From Chiloscyllium plagiosum (lineage: Eukaryota), in assembly GCF_004010195.1 (NCBI RefSeq), contig NC_057718.1, forward strand, positions 28,682,277 to 28,746,276: a stretch of DNA of 64,000 nt. The letters are read 5' to 3'. Below are positions 49,450-62,030 of this stretch, one piece after another. Position 1 is the stretch's first letter, and every line of letters starts with the position of its first letter. Below the pieces are notes generated by a model. It worked only from the letters and a program-made list of their open reading frames with translations, did no database searches and was not told the DNA's origin. Position numbers and translations under genes: made by a program.

Positions 49450-50628
49450 TGATGTTTCCTCCGGTATTTATAGTGATTTGTATCTGCCGCTTCTGGTTGT
49501 CAGTTTCAGCTGTCTGCTGCAGTGGCCGGTACATAACAATCAAATCTATGAACAAATCAACGGCACACCCATGGGCTCACCCATCTCTGGACTCCTAGCA
49601 GAAGCGGTAATGCAAAGATTAGAACAAACAGTCTTACTGCAAATTCAATCCAAACTCTGGGTCAAATATTTAGATGACACCTTTGTAATCAGTAAAAACA
49701 TAGAAATAGAGAACATACACCGGATCATCAACGCCATACTCACAGGAATCCGATTCACTAGAGAGGAAGAAAAGGACAACCAACTCCCATTCCTAGACGT
49801 GATGGTACAGAGAACACCGAATGGAGAATTCACCACAAAGGTATACAGGAAAGCCACACACACAGACTAAGTCCTGAACTATGAAAGCAACCACCTCAAC
49901 ACACACAAAAGAAGTTGCATCAAGACACTGTTCAAAAGGGCTACAACACACTGCAGTACACCAGAACTGCAAAAAAGAGGAAGAAAAATACCTATACAAT
50001 GTATTTGCCAAAAACGGATATCCGCGCAATTTCATCAACAGATGCCTAAGGGAGAGACAACAGAACGAGGACATGCCGCAACCCAAAGGACTAGCCACAC
50101 TACCATACATCAAGAGCATTTCCGAACTGACAGCCAGACTACTGCGACCACTAGGACTCATAACAGCACACAAACCAACAGCCACTCTCAGACAACAACT
50201 CACCAGAACGAAGGACCCGATACCCAGCATGAGCAAAACCAATGTAGTGTACAAAATCCCACGCAAGAATTGCACAAAACACTACATAGGACAAATAGGA
50301 AGACAGCTAACGATCCACATCCATGAACACCAACTAGCCACGAAACAACATTACCAGCTGTCCTTAGTAGCCACACATGCAGATAACAAGCAACATGAGT
50401 TCGACTGGGACAACACTACTATTATAGGACAAGCCAAACAGAGAACATCCAGGGAATTCCTAGAGGTATGGCACTCATCCACAGATTCAATCAATAAGCA
50501 CATCGACCTGGACCCAATATACCGACCACTGCAACGGACAGCTGGAACTGACAACTGGAAGCGGCAGAGACAAACCACTATAAATGCCGGAGGAAACGTC
50601 ACAGAAGCGCTTCACAGGAGGCTCCCAA

Positions 50629-50668
50629 GCACTGAGGATGTCTCCTAGACAGGGGACGAAACATCTGC
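50629..50668 (+). ncRNA. Hammerhead ribozyme motif in the Penelope pLTR
   Basis: Stem I GCA/UGC; CUGAGGA; extra U; stem II GUCUCCU-AGAC-AGGGGAC; GAAA-CA-UC, where the stem III palindrome is broken (ACAU). Confidence 0.75.
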
Positions 50669-51424
50669 AACACAAATTCCCAGCTCGGTGAACAGAACCA
50701 CAACAACGAGCACCCGAGCTACAAATCTTCTCACAAACTTTGGGCATACATATGTTTAGTATAGGAGCTTTGGGACAAATACAGGAGTATTCATACAGAT
50801 GGGTGTGAGGCTGTGCAATACATTGTTCTAGTTAGTGGTGAAACAGACACTGTGGACAAGCTTTTAGGCTCCAATGGCATGTTTGCAGGCAAGAGTACTT
50901 ACAAAATTTCCCTGGCGCCTTCCTGCCATCATCCTGCATACACCTAAATGGTCCATAATATTATTGGGATGGGTGAGGCTCAGGGCCTTACCATTTGGGG
51001 TCCTTAAAATGATTAGTTCTTATATGCCACTTTCCCTGCCCTTTCTATAAGGTCCCACCCCTCTAGGCCTCCTTTTCTCCCTGCCCTGAGAGCCCTGTAC
51101 TTACCTAGTTCTGAACTTAGAAACTGGGGACTTTTTGTAGTCCTACAGAGCTAGCAGCCAACCAGAATGGTCAGACTCAGAATATTAAATGGCTGCAGGA
51201 CTGTAGGCATGGTTGTGTTCCACACTGACTCTTGACATGGCTGGGCCGAAGAGAATTCCATCTATAAAATGCTGAGACTGCAATAACATATCATAATTGT
51301 TTTAAGTCTGGAGTTGGATTCTACAGCAATTTGTGGCCTTTTTTTGTGAATTCTATAATGCTATACATCTGCCATATGAGCTGGCACAGGCACAACAGGC
51401 TGAATGGCTTTCGTCTGTGCTAAA

Positions 51425-51498
51425 GTCTCTGTGGTGCAATTGGTCAGCATGTTCAGCTGTTAACTGAAAGGTTGGTGGTTCGAGACTGCCCACGGTCG
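51425..51498 (+). pseudogene. tRNA-Asn(GTT) pseudogene
   Basis: 74 nt collinear with vertebrate tRNA-Asn (GTCTCTGTGG...CTGTTAAC...GGTTCGAG); anticodon GTT at 51459-51461. CpG-decay substitutions and two acceptor-stem mismatches. Confidence 0.85.
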
Positions 51499-51537
51499 GA
51501 GCCGTTGCAGTTGTCACTCCAACCGTTTTCTTTCCGG

Positions 51538-51799
51538 ACTCACAGTGCCAGAGACACAGGTTCAATTCCAGCCTTGGGTGACTGTCTATGTGGAGTTTGC
51601 ACATTCTCCCTATGTCTGAATGGGTTTCCTCTCACAGTCCAAAGATATGCAGATCAGGTGAATTGGCCATGCTAAATTGTCCATAGGGGCAATAGTCAGA
51701 GGGAAATGGGTCTGGGTGGGTAACTCTTCGAAGAGTCAGTGTGGGCTTGTTGGGACAAAGGGTCTGTTTCCATACTGTAGGGAATCTAATCTAATCTAA
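51538..51799 (+). mobile_element. HE1-type SINE lacking its 5' A-box segment
   Basis: B box GGTTCAATTCC, V core and (AATCT)n tail. Confidence 0.88.
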
Positions 51800-52249
51800 A
51801 CCATACGATTCTCTGATCCTATTTTATGATAGAATATCCATTAACCCATTAGCAGAATAAGAGTACTAGTTTGATAACACCTAAGGGCAACCAAGAGGAT
51901 ATTGTAGAGGTGGATTACGTACCTATGTCAGTCTGTTCAGAATATTCTCTCAATTAACTTTCCAGCACTGAGACACGTTGAGGTTGTTGACAATCAGCCC
52001 ACTATAATGTAATTAGTAGCAAGATGCTAAACCTGTCAACTATAAAATAAATATCACCAGAAAGTCAGTTACTGGCTTGTTTATCAATCAGGAGGACTAT
52101 TGTAAAAGCATGACCATTAAACCCTGATAAAATCTCACATACTTAAAAAGACTTCTTAAAAATTTAAATCTCTTCTAGAAGATATATTCGCAAAAGGATA
52201 GTAATCTGAATTGTCAGAATTGTTTACGACTGACAAATTAGGACTTCAG

Positions 52250-55200
52250 TGTATGTACTTGATTTAAAAACCATGAGGCTCTCCCTTTTCAAATGGCATT
52301 TCTAATCTAGAAGGTGACTGTCTGAATGGTGGTCATCTAATAGTTTCAAGCCATGTAATCGCATAACTAGAGCTGTGGATAGGGTTTTAAACTAAATTGT
52401 ATGGGCAGGGGCGTGGGGAAGCGCGATGTTCACAAGCTTGGAAAAAGTTAAAGATGCGAGGGTTCGTCAAAGGTTATTCAAGTTTTCAGAACATGTAATA
52501 TGACAGAGAGTATGGAAAAGGTCAGGAATCCAATTTCAGACACAGCAGATAAGAGGACAACTATGAAAAGGGGAACAGTCAACGCAGGATTGAGGATACA
52601 TATCCTATCAAAAGGACAGGCAGATAAGCAGAGGAGCAGGTTTGCCTTATTAATAAGAAATTAAATCAATTGCAAGAAATGATATAGAATAGGAAGTCAT
52701 AGAATCCATGTGGGTAGCATTGAGGAAACACGAAAGAATAAGGACCCTAATGGGAGTTGAGTCAGGCCTCCTTGCAGTAGTCAGGATATGGGGAAGAAAA
52801 TAAATCTAAAGATAGAAAAGACAGGTAAGAAAGGCACTATTATAATAATCATGGGGGAGTTCAATATGTAGGTAGACTGGTTGGTAGCAGATCTCAATAA
52901 AAGGAATTCATGGAATGTCTATAAGATGGTTTTTAGAACAGTTTGTGGTAGAACCCACTAGGGACTAGGCAATTCTGGAATTGGTGATCTGTAATGAGAT
53001 GTAAAAGTATTACAGTTGAGTAAAGATAACTACAAAGACATGAGGGAAGAGCTGGTGAGATTTGATTAGAAGGGGAACCTAATAGGGAAGACAGGAGAGC
53101 AGCAGTGGCAGGAATTTTTAGGGGTAATTTAGGAAACACAGCAGGAATTCAGCCCATGGAAGAAGAAATATACTAATGGGAGGATGAAGCAACCATGGCT
53201 GACAAGGGAAGTCAGGGACAGCATGAAAACAAAAGAAACAGCACACGATGTGGTGAAGATTAGTGGGAAGCCTTTATAAATAAGCAGGGGATAACTTAAA
53301 AAGCAATGGGGGTGGGGGAGGCGTTTGGTGGTGGAGGTGGTGATGGGGAATGAGATATGAGAGTAAGCTAGTTAGTAATATAAAAGAAGATTACAAGAGT
53401 AGACCACTGCAAAATGAGGCTGGAGAAATAAAAATAGATAACAATGAAATGGTGAAGGAACTGCATAGGTACTTTGCATCAATTTATCACGGTGAAAGAA
53501 CCAATAGCATAACCAGAACTTCAAGAGAGCCAGGGGCAGAGGTGGTGTAGCGGCCATTACCACAGATAAGCTGCTGCGAAGCTGAAAGGTCTGAAGATGG
53601 ATTAATCACCTGGACCAGATGGGCTAAGGGAGGTAGCTGACAAGTTCTAAGGGAGGTAGCTGACAAGTTCTAAGGGAGGTAGCTGACGAGTTTGTAGAGG
53701 CTTTGGTGGTGATCTTTCAGAAATCACTGGAGTCAGGGAGGGTTCCAGAGGACTGGAAAATGGTTAGAGGATGGGGAAAATCAACAAAAGACTGTTAAAA
53801 ATAAATGAAAAGGGCAAAGGTTAATTATGAAAGAAGATAAGTGTAAAATGTAAAAAACAATAGCAAAAGCTTTTATAAGCATATAAAAAGGAAGACAGTA
53901 TTTAAAGTGAATGTTGATCCCTTTGAGGACAGGACTGGGTATTTAATAACAGGACCCAGAAGTGCCAGAGACACTAAATCAATATTTGCCTCTGTTTTAA
54001 CGGAGGATTGCACTGAAACTATCGCAATAGTAACAGGTAATACAGGGCTTATAGAAAAGGGGAAATGTAAAACAATCGCCAATGTTAGAGAAATGGTACC
54101 GACCAAACTATTAGGGTTAAGGTAATAAAGTCCCCAGAGTCTAATGGCCTACATCCTAGAGTCTTAAAAAAAGGTGGCAGCAAAGATAATGAATTCACTG
54201 GTTGCAATATTCCAAAATTCTCTGGATTCAGAAAGGTTTCAGTTAAATTTTAATGTAACAACTTTATTAAAAAAGGGTGGGAGGCAGAGAGTAGGAAACT
54301 ATTTGGTTTCAGTCAGTTTAACAATTTGCGGGTTTACAATTAGTTTAACATCTGTCATTAGGAAATTGTTGGAATCCATTATTAAAGAAATATTAACAAG
54401 ACATTTGGGAAATCAAAACACAATCCATCAGAATTAGCAAGACTTTATGAAGGAGGAGTCATGTATTACTAATTTGCTAGAGTTCTTCAAAGATGTAACA
54501 AGCAAAGTGGATAATGAGGGTCCCAAGCATGCAGTATTTCTGCACTTCCTGAAGAAATTTGACAAGGTGCCACACATAAGGCTAATGCACAGGATAAAAT
54601 CACATGGAGTTAGGGGTAATTTATTAGGTTAATAGAGGATTGCTTAACAAACAGAAAACAGAAAGTCGGGATATATGGGTCTTCTTCTGGTTGGCAAGCT
54701 GTAACCCATGAGGTGCCACAGGGTCCGAACCTCAGGCCCCCACTACTTACCATCTAAAATAATGATATATTGGTGCAGGGATAGCCAAATTTGCAGATGA
54801 CACTAAAATAGGTGGGGAAGTTGCAATAAATGTCTAGAAATTTTATAAAGGAATAAGTGATTGGCCCAGAATTTGGCAGATGGAGTTGGGTAGCCTCTTG
54901 CATGAATGTTGAAACTAGTATGCAGGTAATGAGAAGAGCAAATGGAACTATGGCATTTATTGCTAAATGAATAGAGTATCAAAGTAGGGAAATGTTGTTG
55001 CAACAGTGCAAGGTTGGTGAGATTGAATTTGAATTATTGTATACAGTTTTGCTCTCCTTACTTGAGGAAGAATGACATTACGTTCGACGTACTTCAGAAA
55101 AGGTTCATTAAATTAATTCCAGAGATGAAAATCTTGTCTTATGAGGAGAGATTGTGCAGTTTAGAAGGATGAGAGAATAACTAATTGAGGTATATAACAT

Positions 55201-55305
55201 GCTAAAGAGGATTGACAAAGTAGACGTAGAGCAGATGTTTCCCCTGGCACAGCAATGTCAAACAAAGGTCATATTTTTAGTTTGAGGGGTGGCAGATTTA
55301 AAACA
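52250..55305 (+). mobile_element. Two juxtaposed old CR1 remnants (junction near 53765)
   Basis: End of ORF1, APE remnants and SPGPDG. The SP.SNGLHPRVLK region then appears again with RT motifs (ORFs 54174..54437, 54447..54632) and FADD. Confidence 0.8.
53624..53692. repeat. 23-bp tandem triplication
   Basis: CTAAGGGAGGTAGCTGACAAGTT starts at 53624, 53647 and 53670. Confidence 0.92.
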
Positions 55306-56094
55306 GATTTTATTGTGGGTGATAAGAAACAAAAATTCCCTGTTCACAGACATCGCATTATTCCGTTGTAACAATCTTGTTTTGACACCTGGAACTTGTT
55401 GTAAAATGCGACTTGTTGTTCCTGGTGTTGAGAAAGGCCTCTCTTGACTTCTTATGTGATTTTCCCAGATTTCTTACTATAACCCATTTAATTCAGAGTC
55501 TTATAAGATTTTGCTCCACGTATATGAAATAAAGAGAAATTATTTCAAGTCAGTCAATGCATTATAATAAAAATTTGCATAAATCTACTTACATCGGTGT
55601 AAAGAAATAGCCAATAACGATGCCTCAGATGATCATGGTCTTATTGGATCTTCCATAATTTTTATCCAAATCAACCTTAGCATGGAGAAGGAGGGCCACC
55701 TGCAGGCAAGACCATAACTGGGCAATGGAAAAAAATGCAGCACTTGTGGAAAACCCCCACGCATTAATATCTGAGTTACTTATCATCCTTTCCATACGTG
55801 TATTTCACTGTGAACCAAAACATAGGGGTGTTTTGTTCCTCAGTATTTCAACCAATTTGGTTTATATTTAAAGAAAATTCAAAGCCCATGCAATACAGAT
55901 GAGTTGGATCTAAAATTAGTTTAGTGACAGAAAACAAAGGATAATGGATCAACAGATACTTTTAAATAGAACGTGGTTTCCAGTTGTCTTTCACAAGCTT
56001 TGTTTTGAGTCCCTTGTTGTTTGTGGTATTTACTAATAATTTAGACATAAATGTGGGACACATGATTTCAAAACTCACAGACAATACAAAAATT

Positions 56095-56273
56095 CTTTCA
56101 ACATCTTTTCTCTCCCAGCACTCCAAGCTCCCTCTCCCCCATTATTGCATAAATTCTACCCTCTCCACACTTCATGTCAGCTCTAATAAGCCATCTAGAG
56201 TCAAAATGTTAGCTTGCTTTATTTCTGTGGATGCTGCCTGACCTGCTGTGATCTCCAGCACTTTTTGTTTTTG
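56095..56273 (+). mobile_element. Old PLE 3' fragment inserted in a CR1 remnant
   Basis: GATGCTGCCTGACCTGCTGTGATCTCCAGCA tail; imperfect TSD TACAAAAATT / TACAAAGATT. Confidence 0.7.
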
Positions 56274-57876
56274 TACAAAGATTGATGGGTAGGAGAATGA
56301 CTGTTGACTGCAGGAGAATATGAATGGTCTACTTGATTGGGCAGAAAGGTGGCAAACAGAATTCAATTTCAAAAAGTCCAAGGTATGTATTTGTAGAGTG
56401 CAAACACGTTTGGTGGTTGAGGTGGAAACCCTCAACACATTTTAAATCAACCTGGATCCACACCTGAAGCACTGTAATCTGCATGTCATGGACCAGGTGC
56501 CATGAAGTGAGGCGAGAATGAGCAGCTTGTATATTCAGCCTCTTCAGCCATGGTGAGCTGAATGCCCTCTTTGTGTATTGTAATTAGCCTACTGCTTCAC
56601 AGTACCCTCAATGTAATCCCATACTCCGTCCATTGACATTAACAACTCTTTAGAATCAACCATCATCCAAAGTCCATCCCCAATTTCCACTGCCCCCACC
56701 CCAACTCCCTCCTCAGCATGAATTACCTTAACATGTCTTGCTTGCATATCATGCCTACCTCTGTGCATCTTATTGCATTAGGGTTGTCAGCTGTAGCTAG
56801 TCATTTTCTGGGAATGGCCACACATGTCTTCCAATATCCAACTGCCCTACTGAGTTAAACAGCATAATTACTATCTCTGTTTTCTTAATTTAATAAACGT
56901 AAGTATTCAATTGGAATTTTTCATGGGAAAAATTAAACCTTTTGTAAAGCAGTCCTTTGATTTTTATCTTTGGGCTTTATTTGTAAGCTTGCTTTGCACA
57001 TTACTCTTTATTTCCTGAAGATTCCATAGCAATCCTGGGCTTTTGGAAACTCTGTACTCCTCTCATGCCTTCCCTACTTAGACTTGCCAGTTTTGGACAG
57101 GCTCTTTACCATAGCTAGGCAACTTTCTTGTCACACCTCCAGGTTTTGCTCATCGTGAGTGCTCAAAGCCATTCTGAACAACAGCCTGATAAACATTATC
57201 CGAGGAGACACAAGTACACTGCAACAAATGGGCTAATAACTAAACATGCCCTCTGGATGCCACTTGTATAGAATTACTGAGAACTTATTAGGATTAAGAA
57301 TTTCACTCTTGAAAGCCGGCCATGTCTGAGATGAAAATACATGCAAAAGGACTCCCAGCCAATTACCATGGTGAAACTCAGCCTGCCTTTAAATTTCAGT
57401 GAACTTGGTTCAAGAAATTCATCCTGAAGTTGGAGTGCTGAAGTTTGGTTTCAAACCCTACAAAGATTCCTATCGACCTTTTCTCTATTACTCATGAACA
57501 TCTAATGCAGATTTACTTTTAAAAACTCATGCAGGTCATCTTATAACACCCATCCTCAACTGTGATTTTGTTTGACGCTCCTATTGTCACAGTTATTTTA
57601 TTTAGTAATTTACTTTGGAAACTGGACAGAGTCATCTTCAATCCTTTGGGTCTCACTAGCTGCACTGTATGCCATTCAGGAAGCGGTCTTTAATTGGTTC
57701 TTGGTGGCACAGTGAAAAGATCGACCATGGGTCTTGCTGCCCAGAATTTAATTCAAGCAGAGATGGGAAGGTGGCAAAGTTTAGCTATGCCACCACCCAA
57801 TTAAATGCCAGTCCCACCTTCATGTTCATCAAATCCAGGTCACTATTTACTTGAATTTACTAAATTTTTCTGCTAC

Positions 57877-57894
57877 TGCCACTAGATGGCACTG
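57877..57894 (+). promoter_or_regulatory. CTCF-binding-site-like motif
   Basis: TGCCACTAGATGGCACTG closely matches the CTCF core CCAC[C/T]AG[A/G]TGGC[A/G] and lies in AT-rich non-repeat sequence. Confidence 0.55.
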
Positions 57895-58519
57895 TTAATT
57901 TTCTCTACCCATATAATAAATAAGTACTAATTAATTGCAGTACACTCAGTTCAATGCAGTTTACGCAGCAGTATCCAATATATAATGCTAACCAAAGACA
58001 GTCTTAGTAGTTTTCTGATTTATCAAAAGATTGAAATAATTGTTGAACATCATGATTTCATTGAATTCATACTGGCACAACTATGTCCAGTACAAAGTGT
58101 ATTTTACAAAAGAGCCCCTCAGGATAGCATACTAGGCCCACCAACTTTAGGTGTTTCGCCAATGATCTTCCTTCAATCATAAGGTCAGAAATAAGGATTA
58201 TCGTTTATAATTTCACAATGTTTGGCAGCAGTTTTGACTCCTCATGCACTGAAGCAATCTCAGTCCATATGCGATAAAACCTGGACAACAACCAGATTTG
58301 GACTGATAAGTGGCAAGTAAAGTTCACATCAAACAAGTGCCAAATGATGGCCATCTCCAGCAAGAAAGAATTTAACCATCAACCCTTGATGTTCAATGAC
58401 ATTAGCACTGCTAAATCCCATATTACCAATGTCCTGAGGTTACCATTAACCAAAAAGTGATTTGGGCCAGCAATACAATTACAATGGCTACAAAAGCAAG
58501 TTGAAAATTCCATGTTCGT

Positions 58520-59135
58520 AAGACATAAAATGTAAGAGCAGAAGTAGCCATTCAGCTGATTGAGTATGGCACATTATTAAATGAGATCATGCTGATCCGA
58601 TAATCTTCAACTTCATTTTCCTATCTTATCTCTACAATTCTTGATTTCCTCACTGATTGAAAATCTGTCTTTCTCAGCCTTGAATACACAGCCCCAACAG
58701 AATTCCACAGACTCATGACCCTCTGAGAGAAGCCTCTCTTCCTCAACTTTGTTTTAAGTGTGTGGCACCTTATTGTGTGATTACGCCCTTTTGTCCAAAA
58801 CTCTCCCACAAGGGGAAACAACCATTTGCATCGACACTGTCAAGTTGTCTTAGAATTACATATGTTTGAATAAGGTTGCCTTTCATTCTTTGACATTCCA
58901 ATGAGTGCAGGTACAATCTAATGAACTTCTCATAAAACAGACCCTCCATACCTGATATCAACCTCGCCAACTTTCTCTGGCCTGCCTCCAATGCCAGTAT
59001 CCTTCCTGTATTTCAGCTCCCACTCACTTAACCAGTCCATATCCCTCTGCAAACTCTTTGTGCCATCCTCACCACTTGCCTCTCACCTATTTTTGTGTCA
59101 TCCACAAACTTGATTATGGTACACTTACTTTCTTC
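58520..59135 (-). mobile_element. CR1 3' fragment
   Basis: ORFs 58770..58991 and 58621..58821 resemble the CR1 ORF2 C-terminus. Confidence 0.82.
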
Positions 59136-61367
59136 ATCTAAGTTATAGTCATAGACTTGTACAGCATGGAAACAGACCCTTCAGTCCAACTTGTCCATGC
59201 CAACCAGATATCCTAAATTAATCTAGTCCCATTTGCCAACATTTGGCCCATATCCCTCTAAACTCTTCCTATTCATGTACCTATCCAGATGCCTTTTAAA
59301 TGTTGTACCAGCGTCCATAACATTCTCTGGCAGTTCATTTCATGCACCCCTCTCACCTTAAACCTATTCCCTCTAGTTTTGGACTCCCCTAACCGATGCC
59401 TGTCATGACTTTATAAACTTCTGTAAGATCACCCCTCAGCCTCCGACGCTTCATGGAAAATAGCCCCAGCTATTCCAATTCTCCTTATAACTCAAATTGT
59501 CCAACCTTGATAACATCCTTGCAAATATTTTCTAAACCTTTTCAAGTTTCACAACATTTTTCCTATAGCAGGGAGAACAGAATCGTACATAATATTTCAA
59601 AAGTGGCCAAACCAATGTCCAATGCAGCCATATCATGACCTCCAACTCCTATAGTGAATGCACTGTCAAATAAAGATTAGCTTACCAAACAACTTATTCA
59701 CTACCCTTACCCCCTGCGACTCAATTTTCAAGGAATTATAAACCTACAGCCCAGGGCCTCGTTTTACAGCAACATTCCCCTGGACCTACCATTAAATGGA
59801 AAAGTCCGACCCTGATTTGCATTGCCAAAATGCAACTTTTATCAAAATTAAACTCCGTCTGCCACTCCTCACCCATCGGCCCATCTGATGAAAGTCCTGT
59901 TGTACACTAAAATAACTTCTTCACTGTCTACTATATCAATTTTGGTATCATCTGAAAACTTACTCCTATATTCACATGCAAACCATTTATATAAATAACA
60001 AAAAGCAGTGGACCAGCACCGATCCTTGTGGCACACTGCTGGTCACAGAGCTCCAGTCTGAAAAACAACCCTCCACCACAATACTCTGTCTCCTACCTTC
60101 AATCCAATTTTGTTTCCAAATGGCTAGTTCTCTCTGGATTCCATGTGATCTATCCTTGCTAACCAGTTTACCACATTGAACCTTGTCGAATGTCTTGCTC
60201 AAATCCATATAGACAATTTCCACCACTCTGCCTTCTTCAATTTTCTTTTGTCATTTCTTCAAAAAACTCAATCAAGTTAGTAAGACACGATTTCCCACAT
60301 ACAAAGTCACAATGACTATTTTTAATCAGTCCTTGCTTTTCCAAATTCATGTAAATCCTGTCCATCAGGATCCCCTCCAACAACTTACTCACCACTGATG
60401 TCAGGCTTACCGGCCTGACTTTGCCTTAGCACTTTCAAGGTAAAGGAAATAATAATGAAGGCATAACATTAGCCACCCACCAGTCATTTGGCATCTTTAT
60501 GCATTTTAAGATGCCCAGCACCTCCTCCCTGTATTATGGACACTTTACAAGATATCACGATTTATATCTCCAAGTTCTCTAGCTTCTATATTCTTCTCCA
60601 CAGTAAATACTGACGCGAAATATTTGTTGAGTATTTTCCCCATCTCCTGCGGTTCACACATATACGGCCTTGTTGATCTTTAAGGAGCCTTATTCCTCTC
60701 TAGTTACTCTTTTGTCCTTAATATATCTGTAGAATCTCTTTGGATTCTCCATAACCCGATTTGTCAAAGATACCTCATGTCCCCTTTTTCCCCTCTTGAT
60801 TTCCCTGTTGAGTATACTCCTACTACCCTTATACTCCTCTAGGGATTCACTCGATCCCAGCTGTCCATACCTCCTTTTTCTTGACCAGAGCCTCAATTTC
60901 TCTGATCATCCAGCATTCTCTGTGACTAGCAGCCTTGCCCTTCACACTAACAGGCACATACTGCCTCTGCCTCTGGACCCTCGTTATCTCATTTTTGAGT
61001 GCTTCCCACTTTCCAACCATCCCTTTACCTGCGAATAGCCTTTCCCAATCAACTTTTAAAAGTTATTGCCTAACACCATCAAAATAATGTTAAGCAATAA
61101 CTCCAATTTAGAACTTTAACTTACAGATCAGATCTATCCTTTTCCATAACAATTTTAAAACTAATAGAATTATATTCACTAGGCCCAAAGTGCTTCACCA
61201 CTGACTTCTCAGTCACTTGCCCTGCCTTATTTTCCAAGAGAAGGTCAATTTTTGTTCCTTCTCTAGTAGGTACATCCACATACTGAATCAGAAAATACAC
61301 TCTTAACAAATTCCTCTTCGTCCAAGCACTTAACATTATTTGGCAGTCCCAGTCTATGTTTGAAAAG

Positions 61368-61687
61368 TGGGTGGCACGGTGGCACAGTGGTTAGCACTGC
61401 TGCCTCACAGCATCAGAGACCAGGGTTCAATTCCCGCCTCAGGCGACTGACTGTGTGGAGTTTGCACGTTCTCCCCATGTCTGCGTGGGTTTCCTCCGGG
61501 TGCTCCGGTTTCCTCCCACCATCCAAAGATGTGCAGGGTCAGGTGAATTGGCCTTACTAAATTGCCTGTAGTGTTAGGTAAGGGGTAAATGTAGGGGTAT
61601 GGGTGGGTTTCGCTTCGGCGGGTCGGTGTGGACTTGTTGGGCCGAAGGGCCTGTTTCCGCACTGTAATCTAATCTAATCTAATCTAA
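61368..61687 (+). mobile_element. Full-length young HE1 SINE
   Basis: A box TGGCACAGTGG, B box GGTTCAATTCC, V core and (AATCT)4 tail. Confidence 0.93.
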
Positions 61688-62030
61688 AATCCCCTACCAC
61701 TACAACCCTGTTATTCTTACAGATATCTGAGATCTCCTTATAAATTTGCTTCTCAATTTTCCACTGACTACCTGGATGTCTATAGTACAATCCCAATAAG
61801 GTGATCATCCTTTTCTTATTTCTCAGTTTCACCTACATAACTTTACTGAATACACTCCCAGGAATGTCCTCCCTAAGTACAGCTGCAAAGTTATCTCTAA
61901 GCAAAAACACTACTGTCCTCCTCTTTTGCCCCCCTTTCTATCCTTCTTATAGAATCTATACCCTGGAATATTAAGCTGCCAGTCCTGCCACACTCTAAGC
62001 CACGTTTTTGTAATAGCTAAGATATACTTT

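Larger units (their letters stand above)
48475..50742 (+). mobile_element. Penelope/Poseidon-type PLE (RT + GIY-YIG) with assembly gap and internal inversion
   Basis: LAKGLNY and ILPADKG (48887-49232); GTPMGSPISG, YLDD and LPFLDV; ORF 49881..50648 with NVVYKIP...HYIGQ...IHEH. A 35-bp terminal direct repeat at 48475-48509 and 50708-50742. Confidence 0.93.

Noticed and set aside
48887..49870. 327-aa ORF as an intact reverse transcriptase
   Set aside because: It spans 217 Ns and an inverted segment and ends in a premature stop.
51425..51498. Functional tRNA-Asn gene
   Set aside because: Acceptor-stem and T-stem mismatches plus CpG decay indicate a pseudogene.
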